Shown here piece by piece: positions 39,691 to 63,315 of a stretch of DNA of 64,000 nt. This stretch comes from Salpingoeca rosetta (taxonomy: Eukaryota > Protista > Choanoflagellata), in assembly GCA_033442325.1 (NCBI GenBank), contig JAWQFM010000002.1:2101044-2165043 (forward strand). The letters are read 5' to 3'. Every line of letters starts with the position of its first letter. The first letter of the stretch is position 1. Under the pieces are notes generated by a model, which worked only from the letters and a program-made list of their open reading frames with translations, made no database searches and was not told the DNA's origin. The translations under genes were made by a program, and so were the position numbers.

Positions 39691-42556
39691 CTACGCATCA
39701 AAGGCGCCAAATGCATCCAGGCTTCGCACGCCACTGCTGCAACAAAATATGTATACAGTGTCGAACACACACACAAACAAACACACACACACACAGAGAC
39801 ACACCAAGACATACACCAAAACTTACGGGTCGAGAAACCTTGATCTGCAGTTAATGTACTTCTCCGGTCGCTCGTTGGCGAGGCCGCGAAGCTGCTGCGC
39901 CACGAGCATAATGTGCCGGTGGTCCAGCTTAAATAGCGCGCTGTGGTCCTCAGACTGTGACAAGGAAAGAGCGAGTAAGGCGTGCCAGTGTCGAGCTTGC
40001 GTGAGCTCTGTCAGGACACCACAGCAGTAACGCCACCACCTTCGCCCCTTCTCACCACCACCGTCCAGAACAGCACCCAGTCGTATCAGCAGCGACATCG
40101 AAACCAACAATTTAGCACGACACCAAGCAGCGGCAGTGCTCACCCAGCCAGGGCCGTCGCATGTCTTTGAAGCAATGTGGACGGCTGCGGCCCCGCGGAC
40201 GGAGGGCCGGAGACCGTAGAAGCGCTGCTCTTGCAGAGGCAACGTGATCAGGTACTAGAAAACACACATGACACAGGCATATGAGTGGCGTGCCATACAA
40301 ACAGCCCTTGTGCATGCGAAGGTTGTACAGCCAGACAGGGGAGGACAAACAGGCGCTGCCGTGTTGCATGTGAAGGGCACACACCTCTGCGAGAGCCATG
40401 CCTTCGAGGGAGAGCTGAAGCACAATGGCATATACGGAGATGAAGTCCAGTGGTGTGACGTTCATCACCTGTCAAGTGTCGGGGCAGAGCAAAAAGGAGG
40501 CAGCGGGCGTTTGCGTCAGTGGCATGCTGCAAGGCTGATGTGCGGGCATGTGTTGGTGGCTTGGCAGTTTGGTGTGTGATGTCATGGGCTTGCAATGGGC
40601 ACTACAGCGAAGCGTGTGTGTGTTGATAGCACGCTCACCCAAACAAAACTAAACGCGACCCCCACGAGCGCCAATGACGTCATTTTTCGCTCGCACCCAA
40701 ACCATCACAACGTCGGAGGGCAGACAGCAGGTGTTCACACCACACACACACACCCACACCCACATAAACACACAATCCCAATAGACGCAGCCACACTGCC
40801 GTCTTTCTCTCTGTCTTTGTTTTTGGCAGAGGCAGGGGCGCCACGTACGTAGAAGCGGAGAGCGGTGAGCATGGTGAGTTCCTTGTCGATAAACGCCTGT
40901 CGCGGGTAGAGGCCAGCGCACACGTACTCAAAGTCTGCAAGCTCTGGGGGAAGCACCTCCAGAAACTTGGATGCGATCCATAGGGATGTTGCGCCGCAGC
41001 ATTGGTAGTCGTGGCGTTGCTCGTCGGGGCGGGCTGCCAGGTACCGGTCGAGAATGTCCACAGCACAGAACAGCGTTTCGTCCCGCAGCTTGAAGCTCAC
41101 CTGCGTCAAGCAAGCACAAACAACACGCAAGCAAGCGACGGAAGAATGTGTGCGTGTGTGTGTGTGTGTCGGGGAGGTGGGAGGGGAGAACAGCACATTC
41201 GGAAGGGGGGTGAGCGTGTGCAGAGCAACCTCGCCTCAGGCAAAGACACCGGTTTGTGTACACCAAAAGAAAAAGGAGAGGCATGGGGATGCGGTCGTGT
41301 ACATTACCTGAATCTCAATCATCCAATCAATAACAACGGTGCGCATGGCAAGGTTGATTCCACGCGATGGCCGAGGGTTGAGCAGATACTTTTCCTGTTA
41401 AAGCAATGTGGGGCAACGGCACGGCAGGGCGTTTCAGCACATACCGCAACTAGCCATCACACAGAAACGCATGCTGGAGGGCAAGCACAAGCCACAGAAG
41501 CACACCCACACCCACCCACACATGCAGCCGTACCTCGCGTTGCAAGTTCTTGGCGTAGATGGCGTCGACGTAGTTGAGGGACATGACATCAGAGTGCGGT
41601 ACATCCTGCGATGGCTGGTGTTGCGGGGGAGCTTCTCTCGATGCTGGCACAGGGGCGGATGACCTCGGTTGCTTCTGGGGGCGACGTGTGTTGCTCGCGG
41701 ATGTCACAGGTCGTGGTCGTGCACTTCTCCCGGCCTGTGATCTGCTCCTAGACCTGACAATTGGCATCATGCAAAGCAAGACAGCCGTGAATGGTGAGTC
41801 ACACAGCTTTGGGCGGGGGGGGGGGGGTTACTGGGCGAGTCAAGGGGGCGGCGCAGGTGATGGTTGCTCGACAAGTGGTCAATGTGGGACTGATGCAAGT
41901 GGCAACGGCATCGCACCACACGGCCGGCAGCGTGTTTGAACGACTCACGTGGTGGAGGATGAGGGGACGGCCACGACTTTGGGCGAGGAGGCGTTTTCCT
42001 TGTCGCCAGCAATGGCCTCATCCTGGGGTTGCTGCTTGCCCCTTTGAAGGGCAGGGAACTTGTGGTACAAGTGAGCACGCCCCGCCTTTGACATCCGCCG
42101 GTGGCTGGTGGTGGATGATGGTGTCTGCGTGCAGTTTTGCGTGCGTGCGTGCGTGCGATCATTCAAGCAAACAGTGAGTTGCAACGCAGACATCACACTT
42201 CAAAGCAACAACAACAGCAACGATGACAGCAGCACAACAAAAAGAGCAACACAGACTTGATGACGACACACAGCACCTCAACGTACCCTGCAGCTTTCTC
42301 CCCAACTGACAAAACAGACAGCACGCAAATGCACTCACCAAGTCAAGCGCATCGTCATCCTCTGGGATGTCGATGCCAGACTCATCGTGCCTCCTCTTTG
42401 CTCGATCAGTCTACGTCCGCAGTGTGTATGTATGTGTGTGTGTGGTATTGTGTGAGCGTGTGAGTACAGGTTTGGTGGAGCGGAGCGAGTAAGGCACACA
42501 GACAGACACACGCACAGACGCAGTCACACACACACACAGACGCACAGACACAAAGC

Positions 42557-42587
<31 letters not shown>

Positions 42588-42735
42588 TGCGGTGTTTTTG
42601 TTTTGGGTGTGTTGGTTGGGTGGGTGACGGTGGCATTCAGGCACGGTGTGACAATAACGTAAAGCACCGGTTCATGGCAGCATCACCCCTCTCCCCTCTC
42701 GCAGTCGCATGTGGCGTGTGAGATAGCCTTACCAT
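39691..42735 (-). CDS. A/B-type cyclin (divergent), multi-exon; 5' exons approximate
   Basis: YVDAIYAKNLQRE; MRTVVIDWMIEIQ|VSFKLRDETLFCAVDILDRYL; QCCGATSLWIASKFLEVLPP; DKELTMLTALRF; C-terminal cyclin fold TPLDFISVY...RPSVRGAAAV. Confidence 0.9.
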
Positions 42736-42879
42736 CTTGGGTGTCGGCTGTTGTTGTGGGCTGGCTTGTCGACTGCTGGTGGACTGGTTGGCTGCCCGGA
42801 CGGCCTTCTTGGGAGTGCCACGGAGATGAGTGAGTGATGGATGATGAAGGAGAGGAGAGGTGGCAGCTGGTCGGGCATC

Positions 42880-42980
42880 AATACCAAACCGCGCCGGCGC
42901 GCAAAAAAGGGCACCTCAAACCGCGCGCTTTCCGCCTGATTTGCCCGGTTGACCGGGTTTTAAAATGTTGGCGGGGCCTT
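42880..42980. promoter_or_regulatory. Probable bidirectional promoter (cyclin / GOLGA7) with E2F-like GC motifs
   Basis: Lies between divergent starts at 42735 and 43229. Contains GCGCGCAAAA, TTTCCGCC, TTGGCGGG and the inverted repeat CCCGG-N4-CCGGG (42944-42957). Confidence 0.45.
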
Positions 42981-43228
42981 CTTCGCTCTTGTGCGCATTG
43001 GTGCTGCTGGCGCTGTATCCACCATGGAGTCGTTGATCGAAAACGTGCTGACTCAGCTCATAGGGCGACAAGCGACACACGGAAAAGTGCAAGAAAGAAG
43101 AACGCCAAAAGGCAAGCAAGCAAGCAAGGAAGGAAGGACACACACCCTTCTTCTTCTGCTTCCGCTGCTTCCGCTTTGCGCACACCCACCCCACGCCACA
43201 GCGCCACCTTGCTTTGCTCGTCAACAAC

Positions 43229-43499
43229 ATGGCCACGCAGACGTCGAGTGGAGGAGGTGATGGCAGTGGAGCACAGCAGCCATCACCGCCGGCGCCCTCG
43301 GCGATCTTTATCCAGCGTGATTTCTCAAAGGGCACCACACCCCGCTTCGCTACAACGCTTCCACAACAGCTTGCCTCAAAGGTGAGTTGTGTTGTGTAGT
43401 GTTTGTGTGTGTTTGATGGGTTGTGTGTTGTGAGTTGTGTGCGTGTGTGCGTGATGGGTGCTCATGCGCGTTTCTCAGGTCTATCATCCCTCACGCAGC

Positions 43500-43568
<69 letters not shown>

Positions 43569-44701
43569 GTGTGGTGCAGATCTCCGCGGAACAATTTGCA
43601 CATGCCATCACACAGATCAACGACGTCTTTGAGGAAGCAGAAGCGCCTTCCCTCAGCCTCTACATGACGGTGTGTGTGTGTGTGTGTGCGAGCGAGTGTG
43701 AGCGAGTGTTCCGTGTTGTGCGTGTATGTGGTTGTTGGTGGGAATGTCTTTCTCCTTCTCCTTCTCCTTCTCCTTTTCTTCGTCTTTGGCTTTCTCTCCC
43801 TCCCTCTCTCCCTCTCTCCCTCTCTCCCTCTCTCCCTCTCTCCCTCTCTCCCTCTCTCCCTCCCTCCCTCCCTCCCTCTTTCTCTCTCGCTCTCTCTCTC
43901 TCTCTGTGTGCTCAGCCGTCTTGTCGTGGCGTGTTCAGTGGACCATGTCGCAAGCTCATTGCTTCGAACTGTGTCGCGTCATGACTGACTTGTGCACATG
44001 TGGGGGTGTTGGTGTGCAGAACGTGCTGTCGTGTTTGACGGGGCATCTCCTTCAATTCTGCGTCGAGAATCCCTACGAGAAGGTGCGCGCTTGACTATCA
44101 TGGGAGTGCGGTTTTGCCGCAAGGCGGGTGCTGGTGCCTGTGCTGGTGGCTGTATCTCCCTTTCCAACAACGTCACAACGCATGCTATTGACTTTGTTTT
44201 GTACACGCAGAGGTTTCGGGAAGTGTCGGCATTAACGGAGCAGCTCAACCAGCAGGTGCGCGCGGTGCACGCACGCATTGTGTGTGTGTGTGTGCATTGT
44301 GTGCACATGTTGTGGATGTGTACGTGTGCATATTGTGAATGCGTGCGTATGTGTGTGTGTGTGTGTGTGCACGCCACGTCGGGGTAGCTCACACCTGCTC
44401 GAATGCACCCATGACAACAGGTGTTTGGACCGAAAGGCTTGCGCATGGTGGACCCGTTAAGAAGAGGACTGAGAGCGGTAAGGGCTAGGCGTAGCTGTTC
44501 ACACATTTCAGTGCATGTCTGGTGGCACGTTGCTTGGCACATTTCGTCGCACGCTGCTTGGCACGTTTTGTGTGGACCTCCGCACAGACGAGCTCTCGCA
44601 ACAACTTGGCAGGCACCTGCCATGTACACAAGCCACATCCTGTGCCACAATGTTGTTGTTCACGCCACACACACATGCACACACATGCACACATGCACAC
44701 A

Positions 44702-44754
<53 letters not shown>

Positions 44755-44806
44755 CTCATGCCCTTGTGTTCAGATTGAAATTCAAGTGCTCAACGTTGCA
44801 GTGTAG
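43229..44806 (+). CDS. GOLGA7: Golgin A7 / ERF4 family (Ras palmitoyltransferase accessory subunit), 6 exons
   Basis: IFIQRDFSKGTTPRFATTLPQQL|ISAEQFAHAITQINDVFEEAE|VLSCLTGHL...NPYEK|...|VFGPKGLRMVDPLRRGLRA|IEIQV. Confidence 0.9.
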
Positions 44807-45567
44807 GTGGGGTGGGGCGTACGTTCGTTACTGGATCACATTGTCGATAGAAGAAGGTGTGTATTTGCTTTGGGATAGGGGAGGGTGGTGGTGGTTGTGC
44901 CAGCATCATGGGGGGAAACACAACAGGCAGCGAGAAGACGAAAGGAAAAGAGACGAGCAGTCAACGACGATCTGGCTTGGAAGAGGAGTGAACGTTTGTG
45001 CATATGCATCAAGGGATGGGGGGGAGGCGTAGAGGTGCTGCTAGAGGGTGAAGCGCAGGGAGTGGTGCATGCGTACGGCTGCTTGTTTCTTGAGTGGAAG
45101 GTCAGCACGCGGTGGGTGCATGTGATTGCGTGGGTGCATGTGCAGGGTGTGTATTGGTGCTGCCTATCGATCAAGTACACAATCACAAACGCCATGGGAC
45201 GAAGAAATGAAACAATCGAGTCGTGAAACAGCCGCAGCAGTGAGCGCGGTGCACACGCGTCTCACATTAGTTGAACCAAGCAGGCAAGCGAGTCAGTTAG
45301 AGATGAACGCGAGAAGCACACCGACGAGAAACGAAAACGGGGGCATGGTAACCAGCTGGTGTGTTGGGGAGAGAGAGAAGGGGTGGGGGTGGGAGAGGGA
45401 GACGCTGCAACAGCGGGTGAACAAGATGAACAACAGCGTGGACAGGCGAGAGAAGAGAAGCCGTAACAAAAACAAACTGCCTTGAGGGGGGGGGTGTGGG
45501 GGTGTATGTGTGCATGTATGTGTGCGCGCGTGTATGTGTGTGTGTGTGTGTTTGTATGCGTGTGCCA

Positions 45568-56675
<11,108 letters not shown>

Positions 56676-56879
56676 TCTCGCTTGTTGCTTGCGGTGTGTG
56701 GAGTCGGTTGATTGAGGAGAATTTTCGAAAGATATTCACAAAAATTATCGACTGGGTCAATTAACAAACGTCTTGTTTGTGTTTCCGTGTTGCTTGTTGG
56801 GCGACCACCTGCCTGGTGATGCTGGCTCTGCCTGCTCTGCCTGCGACACGTGCAACGACAAGGTGCTGCTGGAGAGGAT

Positions 56880-58444
56880 GATGGCCATGCTGGGGGTGGG
56901 GTTCAGCAGCTAGCGGGCCACCACCGCGTACAAGGTTCGCCTGCGGAGTGCGCGCGAGACCACTACGCCTCGTGGGACGACCTGAAACGGCTGGCAAAAG
57001 ACATTGATTGCCAGACACCGTGAGCGCAGCGACGGCGCAGCAGCTGAACGCTTACTGGACGCTTACTGGACGCTTACTGGACGCAAGAAGCTGTGTCTCC
57101 CTCCTCCACGCCACCACAGGACGGTGCAGCGGGTGGTGCTGTCGCTGTTCGACATCACGCTGCCGCCCAGCCTGCACAAAATGGACACAACACCGCCAGA
57201 GCAGCAAGCACACTGGCTCGCGTGCATTGGGCAGCAGCTGCACGCGATTCTGACGGATGAGAAGACCAAGCTGAGGCGGACCGAGGAGGACAAAGAGCGG
57301 GAGAAGGCGAAGAAAGCAAGCCAGCACACGGGCACAGCAACACCAACAGCGACGACGAGAACGGCGGCAGCAACGAAGAAGAGGAAGAGCCAGAAGAAGG
57401 GGGAGAAGGGGAAGAAAGGGGTTGAATCGTTGGAGAGGAAAGAGGAGCCGGGGATGATGTGGATGCAGGCGACTGCTAGGAGCACACGACATGACCTGAA
57501 CAACGACAGGAATTTCGGCAACGGCGACTGCGATTGTTATGACGACCGTGATGGCGACGACCGTTTCGATGGCGACGCCTGTGACTTTGGCTGTTACAGC
57601 AGTCGTGGCGACGACGACGACGACGACCGTTTCGATGGCGACGCCTGTGACTATGGTTGTTTCAACAGTCGTGACGACGACGACGACGACGACCGTTGCG
57701 ATGGCGACGACTGTGACTTTGGCTGTTATAGCAGTCGTGGCGACGACTCCGATGTCGAGGCTGCAGAAGTGCGGCGTGTGGAGATCACAAGACCACAAAC
57801 CGGAGCCAGCAAGGTCAGTGGTAGCATAGAACGCCAGCCACGTGCAAATGCGCGTTTGTGTGCTTCTGCCATGCAATTTGCAAGCTTGTTCCCAAGTTGT
57901 GCCGAGTGTGAAAGGCGTGTGTTTTGCGCAGGTTGTGACGCCTTGGACTGCACTCACACCAACGCCCATTGGCGGCCGGGGGGGGGATCTTTCACTGTCA
58001 CGTGCTTGCTGTTCTGCAGCAGCGGCAGCGGCGGCGGGGCACGCCATCAGGGCAGCACGGTGAAGACATGCAGCTGGAGCCGGAACTGCGCAGGCGCCTT
58101 GAGGACTGGAACGTTCTTCCCCATGCGACGCCGTTTTTTTTGCAGAGCACGGCATTGCGGGCATGGATGACTTGCTGTGCGAAGTGAGCAGCAGTGTGTC
58201 TGCGATGCGGAAGATACGGGCGTGTGGAGTGGACAGCGCGCCTGCGCGTCGGCTGTTGCGACGCACGAAAAAGCTTCGACAAGGACAGCGAGTCACCAAG
58301 GCCTTGGCTGTGGCTGCGTTTGGGGTTGTGTTATGTGCTGCTTTGGCTCCCGCTGGACCAGCGCACGCTCTCCTTGATGCCTGGGCAGTGGCGTGTATGA
58401 ACATGAACTTGCGCGTGTGTATGAACTTGTGTATGTGTGTATGA
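56880..58444 (+). pseudogene. Probable frameshifted relic gene with Asp/Cys tandem repeats and a SAM-like segment
   Basis: Protein-like text switches frame at ~57008, at an 11-bp triplication (~57050-57082) and at a T8 run (58134-58141). No clean upstream ATG for the 388-codon ORF. Confidence 0.45.
57561..57750 (+). repeat. 66-bp tandem repeat, about 3 copies
   Basis: Units start at 57561, 57627 and 57693 and encode RFDGDACDFGCYSSRGDDDDDD variants. Confidence 0.9.
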
Positions 58445-59034
58445 ACTTGTGTATGTGTGTATGAACTTGTGTACGTGTACGTGTGTGTGTGTGTGTGGTA
58501 TGCATTTGGTGTGCGTGTGCGTGCATAAACTTCTCTGTGTGTGAACTTGTGTGTATCTGTGCGTCTATGCGTGTGTGTGTATCGGCACCCTGACTCTGTC
58601 TCTCTGACACACATGCACAACCCCCCCTCTGTGTGTGTGTCCCCCACTCTCTCCCTCGGTCTCTGTGTCTCTGTCGCCGTGCCTCGCGCACTTTCTCCAC
58701 TCAATGAGCCGTGCGATTGATCGCTCCTTGGTTTGCTGTTGTTGTGATGTGACATCTTTCCACCTTGCCACCATTCCACCTTCCTTTTCATTCACGACCC
58801 TCGGGGGGGGTTTTTTGTTGTATCTCGGGCTCTGATGATAGAAGATTGACATGAGTATTGGCGATATGGCATGGAAGGACATTGAGGAGGGCAGGGAGTG
58901 CATGGTGTGGAGCATGGTGTGGAGCGCTTGGTGGAGAGAGGGGAGGGCAAGATACAAGGCATGATTGGTGATGGCCAATCAGCAGCTTGCCGCGCGAGGT
59001 GCATGTTGTGGGTTGTGGGGTTGTCTTTTCTCTC

Positions 59035-59230
59035 TGCGAAAGAAATTTCGCGTGGAATCCCGCGCGTGGAAAATCGTGCACATTTTTAGGGCGTGGGAAA
59101 CGTTTGGCGGGCAACCACGCGTGGATTTTTTTGTTTAATTTTTTTTTTGCGTCGTGGTGCCAAAGTCAAAACTCCTCTCGCCGGGATTGCTTTTCTGCTT
59201 TTGTTCTGCTGCACCAATGGCCGCGGGCAT
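59035..59230 (+). promoter_or_regulatory. Histone H1 upstream region with clustered E2F/MCB-like motifs and a CCAAT
   Basis: AAATTTCGCG, CCCGCGCG, GCGTGGGAAA, TTTGGCGGG, ACGCGT, poly-T tracts, and CCAAT about 100 bp before the ATG. Confidence 0.5.
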
Positions 59231-59317
59231 TTTTCTTTTCGCGCTCCATCCACCCCTGCTGAGATCTCTCTTCCCCGCCTATCCACCAGCAAAACACACC
59301 ACCGCTTACCAGACACA

Positions 59318-60181
59318 ATGGCACCCACCAAGGCACCCACGGTCACGGACCTCATCAAGGAGGCCATCGAGAACCTGAAGGTCAAGGGCTCCGCCAAGGG
59401 CGTCAGCCGCACGGCCATCAAGAACTACATTGGTGACCGCTCCACCATTGCCCGCATCAACCTTTCCCTGAAGCGCCTGGTCGCAAAGGACGAGCTTGTG
59501 CAGGTCAAGGACAGCTTCAAGTTCAACGCCAAGGCGCTCGCTGCCAAGAAGAAGGCAGCAACCAAGAAGGCCGCCCCCAAGAAGAAGAAGACCACCACAA
59601 AGAAGACCACCACCACCAAGCCCAAGAAGGTGGGGTTCTTCTGCGATTGCTTTTTGTTTTTGTGTGGGGTTGATCCATATGGGAGCTTGCCTGCGTGCAC
59701 CAAATGCCAATGCGCACTATCCACCATGAGCCCGCCTGTGCCGGTCTTGGTGCGAGGTGGCATGGTTGATTGGTCCTTGGGCTTTGCAACACCGCCGGAC
59801 ACGCTCATGTGCACGGCAACCCCATCAGACGAAGCCCTCCCCCTCTTTTCCCCCCCCCCCCCCGCTTTTGCTCCCTTATTTGTTGTGGATACCCAATGCA
59901 TATTTCGTTGGCCAACGTATTTTGGACCCTGACAATATTTTGCGTGTGTAACCCACCACCTTTTCCTCATCATCACCGCACCACCTCTCCCATCCATTGG
60001 CGATGCCAACCGCGTTCCTACGCACCTTCTCACCCATCTCCCATCCTTTCCTTGCTCCACCTCACAGTCTGCCGCCGCTAAGAAGAAGAAGACGACCAAG
60101 AAGTCCACCAAGAAGACGACCACCAAGAAGGGCGCCAAGAAGTCCACGAAGAAGACGACCAAGAAGTCCACCAAGAAGTAA
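59318..60181 (+). CDS. H1: Linker histone H1 (141 aa; exons 59318-59629 and 60068-60181)
   Basis: Globular domain PTVTDLIKEAIENLK...GVSRTAIKNYI...INLSLKRLVAKDELVQVKDSFK, followed by a Lys/Thr/Ala-rich tail. Confidence 0.93.
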
Positions 60182-61128
60182 ACAGGCATGGCCCTGCCAA
60201 GCTTCGTGTGCTTGCATTCACGGGCACGCTATTCTCCCCTCTTTCATGTTTTGTTTGTACGCCTCCTTCATCTCTGCTACCCCTCTTCTGTCCTTAATCT
60301 TCCTCTCTCGCTCTCTCTCTCTCTCTCATGGTCGTGACTATGTCGCACGATGTACGTCTGTGTTTTGGCGAGTTGCTTGTCTTATGATGAAGCAGTCAAG
60401 TCGCGTGCGTGCGTGTGTGCGGAGCGTGACGTCTCTTGAGACCTGTTCCCCCATTTCTCTCCCTTGCCTCTGCCAACCTTGTGTTTCAACGGGCTGGGTT
60501 GTGGTGTCTTTGGCCGTGTTTGCTGTGCACGTCTGTTGGTTCGATCGCGCGTGTACGTGTGTGATTTCATGTACTGGGTCAATTGCTGCCTGCACAGAGC
60601 AGAGATGCTTGTCGCTTGGCGCGTTCCTTTTTTGCCCCTTGTGTCTTTTTTCGATTTGTGGGCATGCCAGAGCCAGTGTGGTGCGTGCGCCCTCTTAAAT
60701 GAGGTGCACTTGCTGGTTTGGTGTCACATGTGTGCATGTGCGTGGATCGCCGGGTTTGCTCGCTTCCCCCTTTTTTTGTATCCTCACGGTCTTCGTTGAG
60801 GATTGCTTGAGCACTCGGTTGGCTGTTCTGTTGTGTCTTTGTCCTCATGCCCACAACGGCATAAAGAGCAGAAAAGCAAGTGCCACCAACGCGCAGACGG
60901 AAAACGAAAACCAAAAAATCATGGTGCGCCCACTGGCTGCGTTGATATTGGGTGGTGGTGGCGGTTTTTTGTTTTGTTTGTTTGGGTTTTGGGCGCCTCA
61001 GAAATCCGGACCTTTGCAACGTAACGGTACACGCAGGTGCTTCAAGGCATGAAATTTGGCGAAAGAAATGTTGTAATGTAGGGGTGAAAAGGAAACAGCA
61101 AATTTCGCTATGATACACGCAAAAAATC

Positions 61129-61476
61129 TCATGCCTCAGTTGTGTGGTGCTGTTGTTGCTGGGCTGTGGTGGATGTGGCGGATGGGGTGATGGTGAGCTG
61201 CTGTGCTTGTTGCGCAGCATCTTCAATCTCAGCAGAGGTTTCCGAGAGAGCGAGGCGGCGTGGGGATTGGCTGCTGGAGCTTGTACTTCCCAACGCAAGG
61301 GCTCGCAAGCTCCATGTTCGGCTCTTTCTTTCTTCTCCAGGCGCATGGCCAACCTAGATGGTGGTGGTTGGTTGGTTAGTTGGTTAGTTGAGTTGGTTGG
61401 TTGGGTGGTTGATTGGTTGGTTAGTTGATGTTGTTGTTTAAGGTGTTGTTGTTTAAGTTGTTGTTGATGTTGATGT

Positions 61477-61523
<47 letters not shown>

Positions 61524-61587
61524 TTGTTGTTGTTGTTGATGTTGATGTTTATGATGATGATGATGATGTTGTTGTTGTTGTCGTTGA

Positions 61588-61653
<66 letters not shown>

Positions 61654-63154
61654 CAGCTTGTGAGTGCCAGCTTTGTGACCAGTGCATGTGGTCGTTTGGG
61701 ACCAGTCTCAAACACAAAGCACCAAAAGAGGTGGCAGAAAAAAAGCACACACCAACAAGCAGCACCGATGGCAACGTACCGAGAGGCGCGGGTTGTGCGG
61801 GCTGAGAATGGAGTCTCGGCACACCTTGAAGTCTTTCGTGTCCTGATCGCAGTGCGAACCAAACAACAAGCACGTGAATATCAAACAACAAGAACGTGAA
61901 TATCAAAGAACAAGAACGTGAATATCAAAGACCCACACGCGAATGGAAGCGCACACACACACACGCACGCACACACACGCTCACACACACACATACACAC
62001 ACACACGCGCACACACGCACGCACACATACACACACACACACACGCTCACACACACACACACATACACACACGCGCGCGCGCGCACACACACACACCATA
62101 CACACAATCCATGCCCACATGCTCTATACCTGGAACAGCTTCTCGCCCGCCGTCGCCGTGGCGGCGCCGCGTGGTTCAAGCTTCAGCGATTGCTCGTACA
62201 TGATGTCCTGATGAAGACAGACAGTGCGTAACCAACCGACCAACCAACCGACCAACCAACCAAGCAGCACCAACAGTGAGCCCAAGCCCATCACAACCTC
62301 AACACCTCAACCAGGCGCTCGCACGATGACGAGTACGCTCGCGTACACAAACCACTCTTGTCGCGCACCTCGAATTGCTGGATGGAGGCCTTTGAGCCAT
62401 CAGGCAGCGGTTGAGCCCGCTCATGAACAGGCGGCAGGCGCAGCAAAAACTCCTGTTCGTGTGCGTGTGTGCGTGAATGTGTGAGTGTGTGAGTGTGTGG
62501 GTGTGTGTAAGTGGCGCACTCACGTGCCAACAACTTCGATGGCATGTCTCCTGATGGCATATCTTCCCAATACACAAGCACACACACATACACACACACA
62601 CGCACGCAAGCCAACAACACACCTTGATGATGTCTTCGGTTGCCAGGTTGTATGTGCGGTTCTGGAACTGTTGAATGGTCATGCACGTCTCTCCAACCAG
62701 GCGCCTGCAAGTGATTGTTACGCATGCGTTGGACATGGTCATGATCAAAACAGACACACACACAGACACACACAGACACAGACACAGACACAGACACACA
62801 CACACACACACAGACACACACACACAGGACCAGAAAGACAGAGGGACAGAGAAATGGTAGACAGACGCAGATCAGACAAACAAACACACACACACACACA
62901 CACCACATCGTACCGTTTGGAAAAGTTGATAATGTCTGAGCCTTGCACGTCCTTGCCGGGTGCGGATGGGTCGAGAGAGAGATAGTCTGGGGAGCCATCC
63001 TCCATGAATGTGATGTCAGTCAGATACAGCCCGAGGAACGGGATGCATGGCGGTGACGCCTGCGCAATCGTCTGTAACATTCGGCGTTGTGGTGCAAGGA
63101 GGTTGAAACGAAATGAGTTCGGCAGGCAGCAAACGACACTTTTCCACACACACG

Positions 63155-63223
<69 letters not shown>

Positions 63224-63230
63224 AAACACA

Positions 63231-63315
<85 letters not shown>

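Noticed and set aside
57561-57750. Possible CRISPR-like array
   Set aside because: Contiguous tandem units without unique spacers, eukaryotic context, no cas genes
60184-60198. GGCA-N6-TGCC after the H1 stop as a histone stem-loop
   Set aside because: 4-bp stem and 6-nt loop do not fit the 6-bp stem / 4-nt loop consensus
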